From Clostridia bacterium (lineage in GTDB: Bacteria; Bacillota; Sulfobacillia; DUSP01): a stretch of 44,176 nt of DNA. This document shows positions 16,930-26,614 of this stretch, piece by piece. The stretch is taken from assembly GCA_012842575.1 (NCBI GenBank), contig DUSP01000057.1:1-44176 (forward strand), written 5' to 3'. The notes under the pieces were generated by a model. The model had not been told where the DNA came from. It was given only the letters and a program-made list of their open reading frames with translations, and ran no database searches. The translations under genes were made by a program, and so were the position numbers. Numbering within the stretch: the first letter of the stretch is position 1; every line of letters starts with the position of its first letter.

Positions 16930-17703
16930 TTATCTCGCCATTACCGACCAAGAACCAAGTCTCAGCCGGTCTGCAACCATCGCTATGAACTCCGAGTTGG
17001 TCGGTTTGCCCTTCTCCTGATTTACCGTGTGCCCAAAGATTTCATTGATGATATCAAGGTTCCCCCTGTTCCACGCGACTTCGATGGCATGCCGTATGGC
17101 CCGTTCCACCCTGCTCGGGGTGGTCTTGTATTTCATCGCTATTAACGGATACAATTCCTTGGTAATGGCACCCAAGAGCTCCACTCTTTCGACGACCATC
17201 ATTATAGCATCGCGCAGATATAGGTAACCTTTTATGTGCGCCGGGATGCCGATTTCGTGAATTGCCCGTGTGACTTCCTGGCTCAGATCTCGATGGCCCT
17301 TCGAGGCGGCTTTTGGGCTGGGATTGATGTTGTCGCTCCCTACCAGTTCGCGAACCCTTTTTCCCAGAATTTCTAAGTCGAAGGGCTTTAAGATATAGTA
17401 ATCCGCTCCTAAACGCGCCGCTTGCTGTGCGACTGTTTCTTGACCGAAGGCACTCAAAACCATGATCTTTGGCCGATGGCTGATACCCGATATTTTTTCC
17501 AAAACTCCGATTCCATCGATTTGAGGCATGATTATATCGAGTATGAGGACGTCCGGATTCAACCGGTTTACCAAGTCGATGGTTTCCGGCCCATTGGACG
17601 CAAACCCCACGGGCTCCATATCGTCCTGAGATGCCAAATATTCTTTTAATATGTCACGAAATTCGCGATTGTCATCGGCAACCAATACTCTAATTTTATC
17701 CAC
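16930..17703 (-). CDS. spo0A: Sporulation master response regulator Spo0A
   Basis: The receiver domain has [12 protein letters not shown]...[14 protein letters not shown]. The C-terminal Spo0A-specific DNA-binding domain has [12 protein letters not shown]...[32 protein letters not shown]. The track start is TTG at 17739. GTG at 17703 is preceded by AAAAAGGAGGAAAGGCCT, a consensus SD at 6-7 nt, and is preferred (257 aa). Confidence 0.95.
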   Translation of the reverse strand: MDKIRVLVADDNREFRDILKEYLASQDDMEPVGFASNGPETIDLVNRLNPDVLILDIIMPQIDGIGVLEKISGISHRPKIMVLSAFGQETVAQQAARLGADYYILKPFDLEILGKRVRELVGSDNINPSPKAASKGHRDLSQEVTRAIHEIGIPAHIKGYLYLRDAIMMVVERVELLGAITKELYPLIAMKYKTTPSRVERAIRHAIEVAWNRGNLDIINEIFGHTVNQEKGKPTNSEFIAMVADRLRLGSWSVMAR

Positions 17704-17739
17704 AGGCCTTTCCTCCTTTTTGTCATTGGCAGAAAACAA

Positions 17740-17764
17740 ATTCGACGTAAGCCAAATATTCCCT
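17740..17764 (-). promoter_or_regulatory. Candidate sigma-H promoter for spo0A, overlapping a 0A-box-like site
   Basis: The minus strand reads gaAGGGAAT-atttggcttac-GTCGAATtt. The -35 at 17758-17764 has one mismatch to AGGAwww, the spacer is 11 nt, and the -10 GTCGAAT at 17740-17746 fits RnnGAAT. The -10 also contains cGTCGAA, one mismatch from the Spo0A box TGTCGAA. B. subtilis spo0A has a sigma-H promoter flanked by 0A boxes. Confidence 0.35.
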
Positions 17765-17918
17765 TCAAGGAGCTGACAAATTTTTCCTTAGTAAGGAAAT
17801 GACGAGCTATGCATTTTACCCGTCTACGGTGGCCAAATAGGGGATATGGCACCCTGAAAGGGTAAGACGCCTTCTTATTCTGGCTCTTTCCTCATCATTT
17901 AAAGCATCGCTCGGGTTT

Positions 17919-17949
17919 AGAATATAAGACGCCCTTCTACTGGGCGTCT
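17919..17949 (-). terminator. Probable intrinsic terminator after spoIVB
   Basis: The minus strand reads AGACGCCC-agtagaa-GGGCGTCT, a perfect 8-bp stem (17927-17934/17942-17949), followed by the weak U-tract TATATTCT. Confidence 0.5.
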
Positions 17950-17962
17950 GAAACGTGAACCT

Positions 17963-19303
17963 TTAGGCAATTCTTCTTGCATGAAGTCTTTTTCCTTGGC
18001 CGACGATGTCAACTTGGCTATCCCCGTAAGCTTCCCTCAACATCCACTCAGCGAAGACTCCGTATCCCTTTGACGGGTCGTTGACGAATACGTGGGTAAT
18101 AGCGCCCACTAGCGTACCATCCTGAACCACGGGGCTTCCGCTCATGCCCTGTACTATCCCACCCGTTTTGGCTAACAATTCGGGATCCGTTATCTTGATT
18201 ACAATCCCCTTGGAGCCGGGGTCCGATTGCTTCTTAACCTTCAGGATCTCGCATCTGAATCGGCCAATTTTTTGCCCCTCTACCACGGTAAACACTTCGG
18301 CAGGCCCTATTCTCACCTGTTCCGGCAGGGCCACGGAAATGGGCTTTTCGAAGAACGGATTTACGGGCTCTACGTTCAAAGTGCCTATGATACCGAACCT
18401 TGTGTTCCGATCTATACTCCCGATGACGTCGCGCTCGTCCACGAACACCCCGATTTTCTCCCCCGGACGCCCCCGTCGCCCTTGATCGATAGCTGAAACC
18501 GATGCCTTGACTATTCTTCCTTCCCGGATGTCTACGGGCCTTGACGACTCGAGATCCATGACGGTGTGGCCCAGGGCCGCATAACAACCCGTATCCGGAT
18601 CATAAAAGGTCAGAGTTCCCACTCCCGCCATGCCATCTCTAACCCATGCCCCTATCAAATAACGGCCCGTTTTCTTGCATTTCACCGGTTTTACCTTAAG
18701 GTCAAAAGTGGACCCGTCGGGGTGTTTCCCTTCGAGACGGACGTAATTTCCGGACCTTCCTGCCTCCTCAATCAAATACGATAGATGCTCGTCGCTGTTT
18801 ATGCTGACACCGTTACATCGCAAAATCACATCCCCCAGCCGGAGGCCGGCATCACCCGCGGGATCGAACCTCTTTCCACTTTCGCCCTCCACCGGTACGA
18901 CCTTTGATACGGTTACGCCCTTGGATTTCAAGACCAACCCTATTGAATGTCCCCCGGGTATCACTTTGGTTTCCGGGACCACCGCCAGCCGTACCTGTCG
19001 TAATGGAATGAGTCCGAGAAACCTCACATCAAGAGAGGCGACACCTGTATCCTGACCGGTCACCTGGATGCCCTTGTTGCGCCCGAGCGGCTTTACCACT
19101 ATTTCTGGGGAGCGTCTCTCCCCTGGACCCGATCGATCCGGCCCGACGCTCACCCCGAACGGTGGCTTGAAATCCAGCGTATATTTGGCCCCTTCTTTGA
19201 TTCTCAACTCTTCAGGAAGGCTCCAGAGGCTCCTTTGGTAAGGGGAGAGCACGCCAAGAAGGATGAGGCAGAGCAGTACCAAAGAGCTGTATCGACGTAT
19301 CAC
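17963..19303 (-). CDS. spoIVB: SpoIVB peptidase (S55 serine protease with PDZ domain)
   Basis: 446 aa with an N-terminal TM segment. The PDZ region is GDVILRCNGVSINSDEHL. The S55 catalytic region is GTLTFYDPDTGCYAALGH...GIVQGMSGSPVV. It lies between recN and spo0A, as in Bacillus. Confidence 0.92.
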   Translation of the reverse strand: MIRRYSSLVLLCLILLGVLSPYQRSLWSLPEELRIKEGAKYTLDFKPPFGVSVGPDRSGPGERRSPEIVVKPLGRNKGIQVTGQDTGVASLDVRFLGLIPLRQVRLAVVPETKVIPGGHSIGLVLKSKGVTVSKVVPVEGESGKRFDPAGDAGLRLGDVILRCNGVSINSDEHLSYLIEEAGRSGNYVRLEGKHPDGSTFDLKVKPVKCKKTGRYLIGAWVRDGMAGVGTLTFYDPDTGCYAALGHTVMDLESSRPVDIREGRIVKASVSAIDQGRRGRPGEKIGVFVDERDVIGSIDRNTRFGIIGTLNVEPVNPFFEKPISVALPEQVRIGPAEVFTVVEGQKIGRFRCEILKVKKQSDPGSKGIVIKITDPELLAKTGGIVQGMSGSPVVQDGTLVGAITHVFVNDPSKGYGVFAEWMLREAYGDSQVDIVGQGKRLHARRIA

Positions 19304-19422
19304 GGTATTTCACTCTCCCGCTCACCCTCCCCCGAAAGGATCACCTCCTATCGCGTCTTCGCTTGAACGAACAGGCGTGGATGAAAAAGGACTCTTGCCT
19401 GTTTTTGAAACCTCGATTTTTG

Positions 19423-19448
19423 AATGCTGACTTTAAATGCTGAGTTTA
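19423..19448. repeat. 13-bp tandem duplication (aatgctga[c/g]ttta x2) in the recN-spoIVB spacer
   Basis: Read directly: 19423-19435 versus 19436-19448, with 1 mismatch. Confidence 0.95.
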
Positions 19449-19512
19449 AATTGCCCGCACCCGAATCCGTTTATCCAATGAGGTAAACATAATATTCAAC
19501 CATTAAGTGTCT

Positions 19513-19552
19513 AAAAAAGAAAACGACGAATATAACCCCAGTATATCCGTCG
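19513..19552 (-). terminator. Intrinsic terminator after recN
   Basis: The minus strand reads CGACGGATATA-ctggggt-TATATTCGTCG, an 11-bp stem with one G-U pair on this strand, followed by TTTTCTTTTTT. Confidence 0.75.
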
Positions 19553-19592
19553 CATGCCATTGCTCGCAAAGGTGCGTAGGTTACATAATGCT

Positions 19593-21317
19593 TTACGTCC
19601 CTTGCGCCCTCTGAAGCATCTCCCTGGCGTGCTCTAACACCGCAGGGCTAGGGTCGACCGTCCCGAGCATCCGAGCGATTTCGAGTACACGCTCCTCGCC
19701 GGTCACCTCCTTGACATCGGTAACGGTACGACCATCCTTGACATTTTTTGAAACGCAAAAGTGCGTAGATGCATTGACCGCAATGGGCGCAAGGTGCGTA
19801 ACACATATCACCTGATGGCGACCGGCTATCGCCCGAAGCCTTTCTGAAACGGCCACCGCCGTGGTTCCGCCTATACCCGCATCGACCTCGTCGAATATCA
19901 CGGTGGGAACATCGTCGGAGGATGCGGCGATAGACCGGATGGTGAGCATCACTCTGGACAGTTCGCCCCCAGAAGCGATTTTCGAGAGGGGGCGCTCGGG
20001 TTCGCCCGCATTGGCGGAGAATAAAAACTCGATTCTCTCAAGGCCCCGGGGGCCTAAAGCCACTCGCCTGCCCTCAAGGTCCACTCCGTCCTCATCATCC
20101 TTATACGAGACGGAGACGGTGAATGAAGCATCTGGCATGCCCAATGAAGACAGGCCGGACTTGACTTTCGCCTCAAAGTCGGGTATCAGCCCTCTCCTGA
20201 TGCGAGAAAGGGCAAGGGTTGCGCCTATCAGCTCTTCTTTCAATTCTTTCCGCTTTTTCGCCAGCGCGTCGATGTTTTCGGTGGCCTCCTCGAGCGACCT
20301 GATCTCTTCGGTAATGCTATCGGCGTAAGCGAGCACTTCCTCGAGAGTTCCTCCGTATTTGCGTTTCAGGGCTTTCAGAGTATCGATCCTCTGCCTAACT
20401 TGGTCGGCCCTCTCGGCACTGAAATCAATGGTCTCGAGTCGCTTTCTCATGGCGCTTGCCGCTTCTTGAAGCACCAAGGAGGCTTCGCTTAGGTCCTTGT
20501 AAAGCGGTAAAAAGCCCTCGTCTACGGAAGCGGCCACCTCAAGGTCTCTACGGGCCTCCACGACCAGGTCGTACGCCGACCTACCGACGGAATCACCGTA
20601 GATGAGCGAGTAGCAATGCGCAACGGCAGTCCTAAGCCTCTCCGCGTTGGCCAATATGGCCTCTTCCTTTCGGAGATCTTCTTCTTCTCCAGGGGAGATA
20701 CCGGCCTTTCTGATCTCGTCGAGCTCAAACCTAAGTATGTCAAGCCTTTTTTGCCGCTCTTTGGCGTTACTCGACAGCCCCGACAGATCCCTCTCAACGG
20801 CGGACAGCTCCACCCACAGGCGGGCAACCTTTTGTCGCAGTTCCCATACCATTTGTCCGCCCAAGGAATCGAGGATATCGATGTGCCGCTCGGGTTTCAG
20901 TAGAGATTGGTGGTCGTGCTGACCGTGGATGTCGACGAGCCTCTCGCCGATTTCCCGACAAAGGGACGAAGGGACCAGTTTTCCGTTCAGCCTCGTGGAG
21001 GAGCGGCCCTGCCGAGGGATTTCGCGGCTGAAAACCACGATGGGTTCCTGACCATCCTCAATGATCCCAAGCTCGAGGAGTTGTGCGATTACCTCCGCTT
21101 GGCGCCCGACGTCGAATACCGCGTCGATCCTCGCTTTCTCGGCTCCGGATCTTACTTGGTCTTGGGATGCCTTTCCGCCTAACGCGGCTTCCACCGCTTC
21201 GACCACAATGGATTTGCCGGCTCCCGTCTCACCCGTGAATACCGTAAGCCCTTCTCTGAATTGGAGCCTTAGCGCGTCTATTATGGCGAAATCCTTTATT
21301 TCCAGCTCGACGAGCAC
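19593..21317 (-). CDS. recN: DNA repair protein RecN (SMC-like ATPase)
   Basis: 574 aa. The Walker A is FTGETGAGKSIVVEA. A long coiled-coil is present, with the signature and Walker B near the C-terminus (ASGGELSRVMLT...TVIFDEVDAGIGG). Confidence 0.95.
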   Translation of the reverse strand: MLVELEIKDFAIIDALRLQFREGLTVFTGETGAGKSIVVEAVEAALGGKASQDQVRSGAEKARIDAVFDVGRQAEVIAQLLELGIIEDGQEPIVVFSREIPRQGRSSTRLNGKLVPSSLCREIGERLVDIHGQHDHQSLLKPERHIDILDSLGGQMVWELRQKVARLWVELSAVERDLSGLSSNAKERQKRLDILRFELDEIRKAGISPGEEEDLRKEEAILANAERLRTAVAHCYSLIYGDSVGRSAYDLVVEARRDLEVAASVDEGFLPLYKDLSEASLVLQEAASAMRKRLETIDFSAERADQVRQRIDTLKALKRKYGGTLEEVLAYADSITEEIRSLEEATENIDALAKKRKELKEELIGATLALSRIRRGLIPDFEAKVKSGLSSLGMPDASFTVSVSYKDDEDGVDLEGRRVALGPRGLERIEFLFSANAGEPERPLSKIASGGELSRVMLTIRSIAASSDDVPTVIFDEVDAGIGGTTAVAVSERLRAIAGRHQVICVTHLAPIAVNASTHFCVSKNVKDGRTVTDVKEVTGEERVLEIARMLGTVDPSPAVLEHAREMLQRAQGT

Positions 21318-21358
21318 TATAGATCCCCCGTGTCACCTAAAAGCGGATCGACTGTCGC

Positions 21359-21820
21359 CTAAGACATGAGATCCCTCAGCCTACGCACCACCGCAGGCGC
21401 CGCCTCTTTGGGTTTCACCAGCACAAATAGCGTGTTATCGCCAGCCACACTACCCACTATCTCTTCCCATCCCAGGTTGTCGATGGCTTCGCCTAGGACG
21501 GGAGCCGTCCCGGTATAGCCCTTTATGACGATGATGTTTTCGCTGTATTCGATGCCCGTACAATTCTCACGGAACACGCGTCGTAATCTCATGGAAGCCT
21601 CGGTATTCTCCGGGCGCCCTCCGGGCGCATATACGTAGCTCCCGTTACCTGCGGGAACCTTGGTGAGTCGCAGATCTTTTATGTCTCTGGAAATCGTGGC
21701 CTGAGTGACGGACAGCCCTTCCTCCCTGAGCCTTCTCACCAGTTCTTCTTGTGTCCTTATGTGCTCACTCTTTATGATCTCGAGAATCTTTGCCTGGCGT
21801 CTGCTCTTCATTTTCTCCAT
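21359..21820 (-). CDS. argR: Arginine repressor ArgR/AhrC
   Basis: 153 aa. The winged-helix N-terminus is RQAKILEIIKSEHIRTQEELVRRLREEGLSVTQATISRDIKDL. The C-terminal oligomerisation/arginine-binding domain contains GTIAGDNT-like SVAGDNTLFVL. Confidence 0.92.
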   Translation of the reverse strand: MEKMKSRRQAKILEIIKSEHIRTQEELVRRLREEGLSVTQATISRDIKDLRLTKVPAGNGSYVYAPGGRPENTEASMRLRRVFRENCTGIEYSENIIVIKGYTGTAPVLGEAIDNLGWEEIVGSVAGDNTLFVLVKPKEAAPAVVRRLRDLMS

Positions 21821-21952
21821 CTTACTCCCCCAAGCGGGTCTTCTCTATCGCTCCATAGCTTGACATGAGCGTCCGCGTCACTTGAGTCCGGGACGAGCTC
21901 GACGCCTACCCAGCGGCCGTGATCGTCGGCCACCGTCCAAGCAGGGTTTACG

Positions 21953-22861
21953 TCACTCGCGTCCGAGAACGCCCTCCCTATCCCCTTCTTTAAGCTTCTT
22001 TCTCAGCACTTCGTAGAAATTCCAGGTCTTGGAGCGCATCAAGTAAGCCTTGCACTCCGCCCTCCGTATCTCCACATGCTGGCCGGATACGAGCCTCACC
22101 CCTCTTTGCCCGTCAACTGTCAACATGGTATCCGGGTGCGAGCCCCCTATTAAGACCTCCACAGTTTCGTCGGGAGGAATCACCAAAGAACGCCAATACA
22201 ACGTATGCGGACAGATGGGGGTGAGGATCATGACTTCCAGTGCCGGATCCACTATAGGGCCTCCCGCCGACAGTGAATACGCCGTGGAACCCGTGGGGGT
22301 AGCCACGATCATCCCGTCGGCAGAGTACGTATCGACGGTGACGGACCCCACCTTCACTTCGAGGTTGATCAGCCTGGCAAAAGGTCCCTTCGTTATGACG
22401 ATCTCATTCAGCGCGTAAAGTCCCGGATCCTCTTTTCCAAACGGTCGGCTCGAAGCCACGGGCTTGTCCTCTCCATCCTTGATGGTGGCTTTGAGCATCA
22501 TTCTCTTTTCGACCTTGTATTCTCCCCTTATGAACTCCTCCATGGCTTTCCAGAGGTCGTAGTATTCGACCTCGGTCAAGAAGCCGAGGTGACCGAGGTT
22601 GACGCCCAAAACCGGGATCTCGGCAGGTAAAAGCGACCCCACGGCGTTTAAGAGAGTCCCGTCACCACCCAGTACCACCACGAAATCCACCGACTTCCCC
22701 CACAAGTCCAAAGGAAGGGGACCGATGCCTTCACCCAAGAGCTTTGCGGTCTCCGCGGTGGCGACTACTTCGACGTTTCTATCCTTCATCCACTGCGAGA
22801 TCTTACGTGCGACGGGTACAGAATCTTGCTTGTCCAAGTTAGGAAACAGTGCCACCTTCAA
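21953..22861 (-). CDS. nadK: NAD kinase
   Basis: 302 aa. Motifs seen: GGDGT (VVVLGGDGTLLNA), NLGHLGFL and TPTGSTAYSLSAGGPIV. The track start is TTG at 22861, and GTG at 22855 is an alternative. Confidence 0.9.
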   Translation of the reverse strand: MKVALFPNLDKQDSVPVARKISQWMKDRNVEVVATAETAKLLGEGIGPLPLDLWGKSVDFVVVLGGDGTLLNAVGSLLPAEIPVLGVNLGHLGFLTEVEYYDLWKAMEEFIRGEYKVEKRMMLKATIKDGEDKPVASSRPFGKEDPGLYALNEIVITKGPFARLINLEVKVGSVTVDTYSADGMIVATPTGSTAYSLSAGGPIVDPALEVMILTPICPHTLYWRSLVIPPDETVEVLIGGSHPDTMLTVDGQRGVRLVSGQHVEIRRAECKAYLMRSKTWNFYEVLRKKLKEGDREGVLGRE

Positions 22862-22975
22862 GCCTTTTGTCTTCCCTTTGCCCTATTTTGGCATGCGCTC
22901 GCATCGGGGCCAGCATGACATGGAACAGGTCTTGCTCCCTTTGCGAGCCTCCCATGCACTCATCACGCATTCCAT

Positions 22976-22999
22976 TTACTATTCCTTTTACTATTCCTT
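22976..22999. repeat. 12-bp perfect tandem duplication (ttactattcctt x2) abutting the tlyA stop
   Basis: Read directly: 22976-22987 equals 22988-22999. Partial further copies flank it. Confidence 0.95.
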
Positions 23000-23902
23000 C
23001 TATTCACGAGCGGATTTAACCTCTTCGTCTTCGAAAAACCGGGTCGCAATGGACACCACCTGGGCGGCCCAGTCTTTCTCGCCCGCGCCGTCTCCAGCCA
23101 CACTCGCTGCCGGCCGGACGCCGGGTTTTACCTCCCCCCGCACCTCAGCCAGCCCCCCAACAGTCGCCACCGACTCTAGCGGCTTTACGAAATGGAACCA
23201 GAATTCCATATTCCCCTTAGAGCCCTTAATCGGCGAAAAGGTCACTTGAATGGGGATCAGGCTGCTTTCAGACCCGTACGATGCCACCTTTTTGAGCACT
23301 GACCTTTGGACACAAGGATCCCTGACGATACCGCCTCTGGGTACCTGACCTCGACCCGCTTCAAACTGAGGCTTTACGAGGGCGAGTATATCTCCCCCCG
23401 GACGCGTTACATCGCTAGCAGGCCCGAGAATATGCTTCAGGGATATAAATGACACGTCGATGGTGACGACATCGACATATTCTCCGATGATCTGGAGTGT
23501 CAGGTGCCTCGCGTTGGTCCTTTCCTTTACGATGACCCTCGGGTCCGTCCTGAGTGACCACGCGAGCTGCCCGTAACCCACGTCCACTGCGTATACCTTC
23601 TTTGCTCCCCTTGACAAGAGGCAATCCGTGAAGCCGCCGGTAGACGCTCCTATGTCGAGGGCTACTTTGCCGTCTACTCTCAATTCGAAGGTGTCCAACG
23701 CCCACTCAAGCTTAAGGCCCCCACGACCCACGTAAGGCAACGGGTCTTCCCTGACGAAGATCTCGGAGTCCTCACGCACCCGTTGTCCCGGCTTTACGGC
23801 TTTAGCGCCGTCCACAAATACCGCACCCTCGACTATGGCCGCCTGCGCTCGTTCCCGGCTGGGAAACAGCCCGCGTTTCACCAGGAGGATATCCAATCTC
23901 AT
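23000..23902 (-). CDS. tlyA: TlyA-family rRNA (cytidine-2'-O)-methyltransferase (S4 + FtsJ domains)
   Basis: 300 aa. The S4 N-terminus is MRLDILLVKRGLFPSRERAQAAI and the SAM motif is ALDIGASTGGFTDCLL. Its ATG overlaps the dxs TGA (ATGA). A roughly 35-aa C-terminal extension is present. Confidence 0.9.
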   Translation of the reverse strand: MRLDILLVKRGLFPSRERAQAAIVEGAVFVDGAKAVKPGQRVREDSEIFVREDPLPYVGRGGLKLEWALDTFELRVDGKVALDIGASTGGFTDCLLSRGAKKVYAVDVGYGQLAWSLRTDPRVIVKERTNARHLTLQIIGEYVDVVTIDVSFISLKHILGPASDVTRPGGDILALVKPQFEAGRGQVPRGGIVRDPCVQRSVLKKVASYGSESSLIPIQVTFSPIKGSKGNMEFWFHFVKPLESVATVGGLAEVRGEVKPGVRPAASVAGDGAGEKDWAAQVVSIATRFFEDEEVKSARE

Positions 23903-25833
23903 GGTGTCATCTGGGCCGCCTGCAATCCGAAAGGAGACGGTTCCAAGAGTTTCAGGGCCGCCGCTACGATCCCCCGGGCATCAAGTCCCAAATCCCCGAG
24001 GACCTCTTCCCTTTTGCCGTGTTCTATAAACCTATCGGGGAGGCCAAGGCAACGTACCTTTGGAATATCGGCTCCGGCGGACGCACTATCGTGGAGAAAA
24101 CCGAGTATCCGGCTGGCCGCTCCACCGGAGGTGACGTTTTCCTCCACCACCAAAAACGCATCCGTCTTTGTTCTGAGGTCTCGTAGCAACTCCTCGTCGA
24201 GTGGCTTCACGAATCGCCCATTCACCACCGTAGCGTAGATACCGTACCGCTCAAGTTCATCGGCAGCCAAAAGAGCCTCCTGGACCATGGGGCCGTATGC
24301 CCAAATGACGAGATCGGTTCCATCTCTCAATACCACCGCTTTGCCCCAAGGGATTTCCTTAAACGGCACTCCGTGTTCGAATCCTTCCGGGACGCGGGAC
24401 TTAGGATACCTTATCGCCGTTGGGCTTGACCTATGCAAAACTGCGGTATATAGCATGTCACAAAGTTCATAGCCATCCGCGGGCACGGCGATCGACATGT
24501 TCGGAATATGCCCGAGGTAGCTCAAGTCAAAAGCCCCCTGGTGGGTGGGCCCGTCTTCGCCTACTATTCCCGCACGATCCAAGGCGAATACCACCCCTGC
24601 TCCCGGAAGGGCTACGTCATGCACCAACTGATCGTAAGCGCGCTGCAAAAATGTGGAGTATACCGCGAGAACCGGCCGCATTCCGCGTGAAGCCAGTCCG
24701 GCAGCAAAGGTCACAGCGTGCTGTTCGGCTATCCCCACATCGAAGAACCGCTCCGGGAACCTCCTTGAAAACTCCGTAAGCCCAGTTCCCTCTACCATGG
24801 CGGCGGTGATGGCTACTAATCGCGGCTCCATAGATCCGAGCTTTACCATGGCCTCGCCGAATACCTGGCTATACGTCGGGGCATGCCGGCCCGAATGCGA
24901 CTCACCGGTGGCCAAATCAAAAGGGCCGATGCCGTGAAACCTCGAAGGGTCGTTCTCGGCGGGAGGGTACCCTTTGCCCTTCTGCGTGACCACGTGGACA
25001 AGGGTCGGACCCTTCTCGTGCTTTGCGGCTTCGAAGGTGCGCGTCATCGACGAAATGTCATGACCGTTTATGGGGCCGAAGTAACGAAAACCCAGTTCTT
25101 CGAAGAACATTCCCGGAACGACCAGGTACTTCAGGCTATCTTTTAGTCTCTCCACGGTTCTCGAAACGTTCTCTCCCACGAACGGAAGTCTCAAAATCAT
25201 TTGCTCGAGATCGCTTTTCACCTTGTGATACGCCGGATGGGTCCTTATACGGTTCAAGTAGGAGGCAAGTGCGCCTACCCTTTGAGAGATGAACATCCCG
25301 TTATCATTGAGCACGATTATCAGCCTCGAACCCTTTTGTCCCGCATGGTTCATGGCTTCAAAGCTCATGCCCCCCGTAAGGGATCCATCTCCCACTACCG
25401 CCACCACATGATGGTTCTCTTTCTTGAGATCGCGGGCGCACGCCATTCCCAAGGCCGCCGAGATAGCCGTGCTCGCATGCCCCGCTATGAACTGATCGTG
25501 TGGGCTCTCGGACGGGTCCGGATAACCTGAAAGCCCACCCCGTTGCCGTAGGCTCGAAAACCTTTCGAATCTCCCCGTCAGGAGCTTATGTGCGTATACC
25601 TGGTGCCCCACGTCCCAAAGAATTATGTCTTTGGGTGAAGAGAAGCTCAAATGAAGGGAAATGGTCAGTTCCACCACGCCAAGGTTGGATCCCAGATGCC
25701 CTCCGTTTTTTGAAACCGTCTGGGCTATCACATACCGTATTTCTCGAGCCAGGACCTCAAGCTCGCCTGAATCCAGACGCCTTATGTCTTCCGGCCCCTT
25801 TATTTTCGGAAGAATCGACAGCACTTTTTCCAA
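23899..25833 (-). CDS. dxs: 1-deoxy-D-xylulose-5-phosphate synthase
   Basis: 644 aa. Motifs seen: GHLGSNLGVVELT, GHASTAISAALGMA and the ThDP motif GDGSLTGGMSFEAMNHAG...NDN. The real start is probably GTG at 25824, with a GGGAG SD 9 nt upstream, rather than the track TTG at 25833. Confidence 0.95.
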   Translation of the reverse strand: MEKVLSILPKIKGPEDIRRLDSGELEVLAREIRYVIAQTVSKNGGHLGSNLGVVELTISLHLSFSSPKDIILWDVGHQVYAHKLLTGRFERFSSLRQRGGLSGYPDPSESPHDQFIAGHASTAISAALGMACARDLKKENHHVVAVVGDGSLTGGMSFEAMNHAGQKGSRLIIVLNDNGMFISQRVGALASYLNRIRTHPAYHKVKSDLEQMILRLPFVGENVSRTVERLKDSLKYLVVPGMFFEELGFRYFGPINGHDISSMTRTFEAAKHEKGPTLVHVVTQKGKGYPPAENDPSRFHGIGPFDLATGESHSGRHAPTYSQVFGEAMVKLGSMEPRLVAITAAMVEGTGLTEFSRRFPERFFDVGIAEQHAVTFAAGLASRGMRPVLAVYSTFLQRAYDQLVHDVALPGAGVVFALDRAGIVGEDGPTHQGAFDLSYLGHIPNMSIAVPADGYELCDMLYTAVLHRSSPTAIRYPKSRVPEGFEHGVPFKEIPWGKAVVLRDGTDLVIWAYGPMVQEALLAADELERYGIYATVVNGRFVKPLDEELLRDLRTKTDAFLVVEENVTSGGAASRILGFLHDSASAGADIPKVRCLGLPDRFIEHGKREEVLGDLGLDARGIVAAALKLLEPSPFGLQAAQMTP

Positions 25834-25887
25834 CTCCCATTTATAGTTCTTCTCGATAAGTCCCCTTCGTTTTTATGGGTCTCCTTT

Positions 25888-25923
25888 ATAACTCTTCTGT
25901 AACTATATAACTCTTCTGTAACT
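25888..25923. repeat. 17-bp perfect direct repeat with 19-bp period (ataactcttctgtaact-at-ataactcttctgtaact) upstream of dxs
   Basis: Read directly: 25888-25904 equals 25907-25923. Confidence 0.95.
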
Positions 25924-25970
25924 CGCCTTTGTTTCTCGGAGGATCGCCCCTTGAACAGCTGTTGAAGCGC

Positions 25971-26594
25971 TCAGTTTCTCCGGGTCCTTCGCTGTCTTGG
26001 AGACCCTTTGGGACCAATGATACTAAACCCCGTATACTTTTCAATCCAGTTCAAAAAGATCCCGACGCGCCTCACTATCTCCTCCGCATCGTTGATACCG
26101 ATGCCCTTCGCGGCCGCCTTACCGCCTACTGTCAAACCCGCCACCACACCGACCATCACGACGCTCACCACGGCCTCGTTCAAGTCCGGTCGTAGCCGTT
26201 CGATCTGGAATACGATGGCGGCACCGAGGGCACCGCTTACGGTTCCGCATATATCTCCCACGATGTCATTGCAAAAACTGGTGACCTTCTCTGAGTACCT
26301 GACGAGTCTCAACCCTTCCCTGGCGCCCCTCACCTTCTTCGCCGCCATTGCATGAAGCGGCGCCTCGTCCGCAACGGCTGTAGCGATACCGATTACGTCA
26401 AAAAAAATACCGGCCCCGATGATCAAGGCCAGTAAAAACAGAGAAAGGCTCAAACTGAAAGTCCTCGTAATGTGCTCTGAGGGAAACGCCAGACCGACGG
26501 CCACCACAAAAGTGACGAGGCCGGTCGCAAGACCCCGGCGTAACGAAGCACTCGTCCGGAGCCTTCTCGGTTTCGGAGGCTCCAAGTACTTCAC
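25971..26594 (-). CDS. oapA: OLE-associated protein A (OapA)-like small polytopic membrane protein
   Basis: About 200 aa with a basic N-terminus followed by four hydrophobic segments (LVTFVVAVGLAF, LSLFLLALIIGAGIFFDVIGIA, ICGTVSGALGAAIVF, VVSVVMVGVVAGLTV). It lies immediately downstream of the structured RNA and upstream of dxs, the canonical oapA position. The assignment rests on context and architecture, not on an alignment. TTG at 26585, with a GAGGTG SD 6 nt upstream, is the likelier start. Confidence 0.68.
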   Translation of the reverse strand: MKYLEPPKPRRLRTSASLRRGLATGLVTFVVAVGLAFPSEHITRTFSLSLSLFLLALIIGAGIFFDVIGIATAVADEAPLHAMAAKKVRGAREGLRLVRYSEKVTSFCNDIVGDICGTVSGALGAAIVFQIERLRPDLNEAVVSVVMVGVVAGLTVGGKAAAKGIGINDAEEIVRRVGIFLNWIEKYTGFSIIGPKGSPRQRRTRRN

Positions 26595-26614
26595 CTCTTT
26601 TGTCTTAGTCGTTC

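Noticed and set aside
19469-19499. Sigma-G/F-like promoter candidate for spoIVB. The minus strand reads TGAATA-18 nt-ATAAAC.
   Set aside because: The -10 matches the CATAnTA / GGnnAnAnT consensus poorly and the spacing is borderline. It is not strong enough to annotate.
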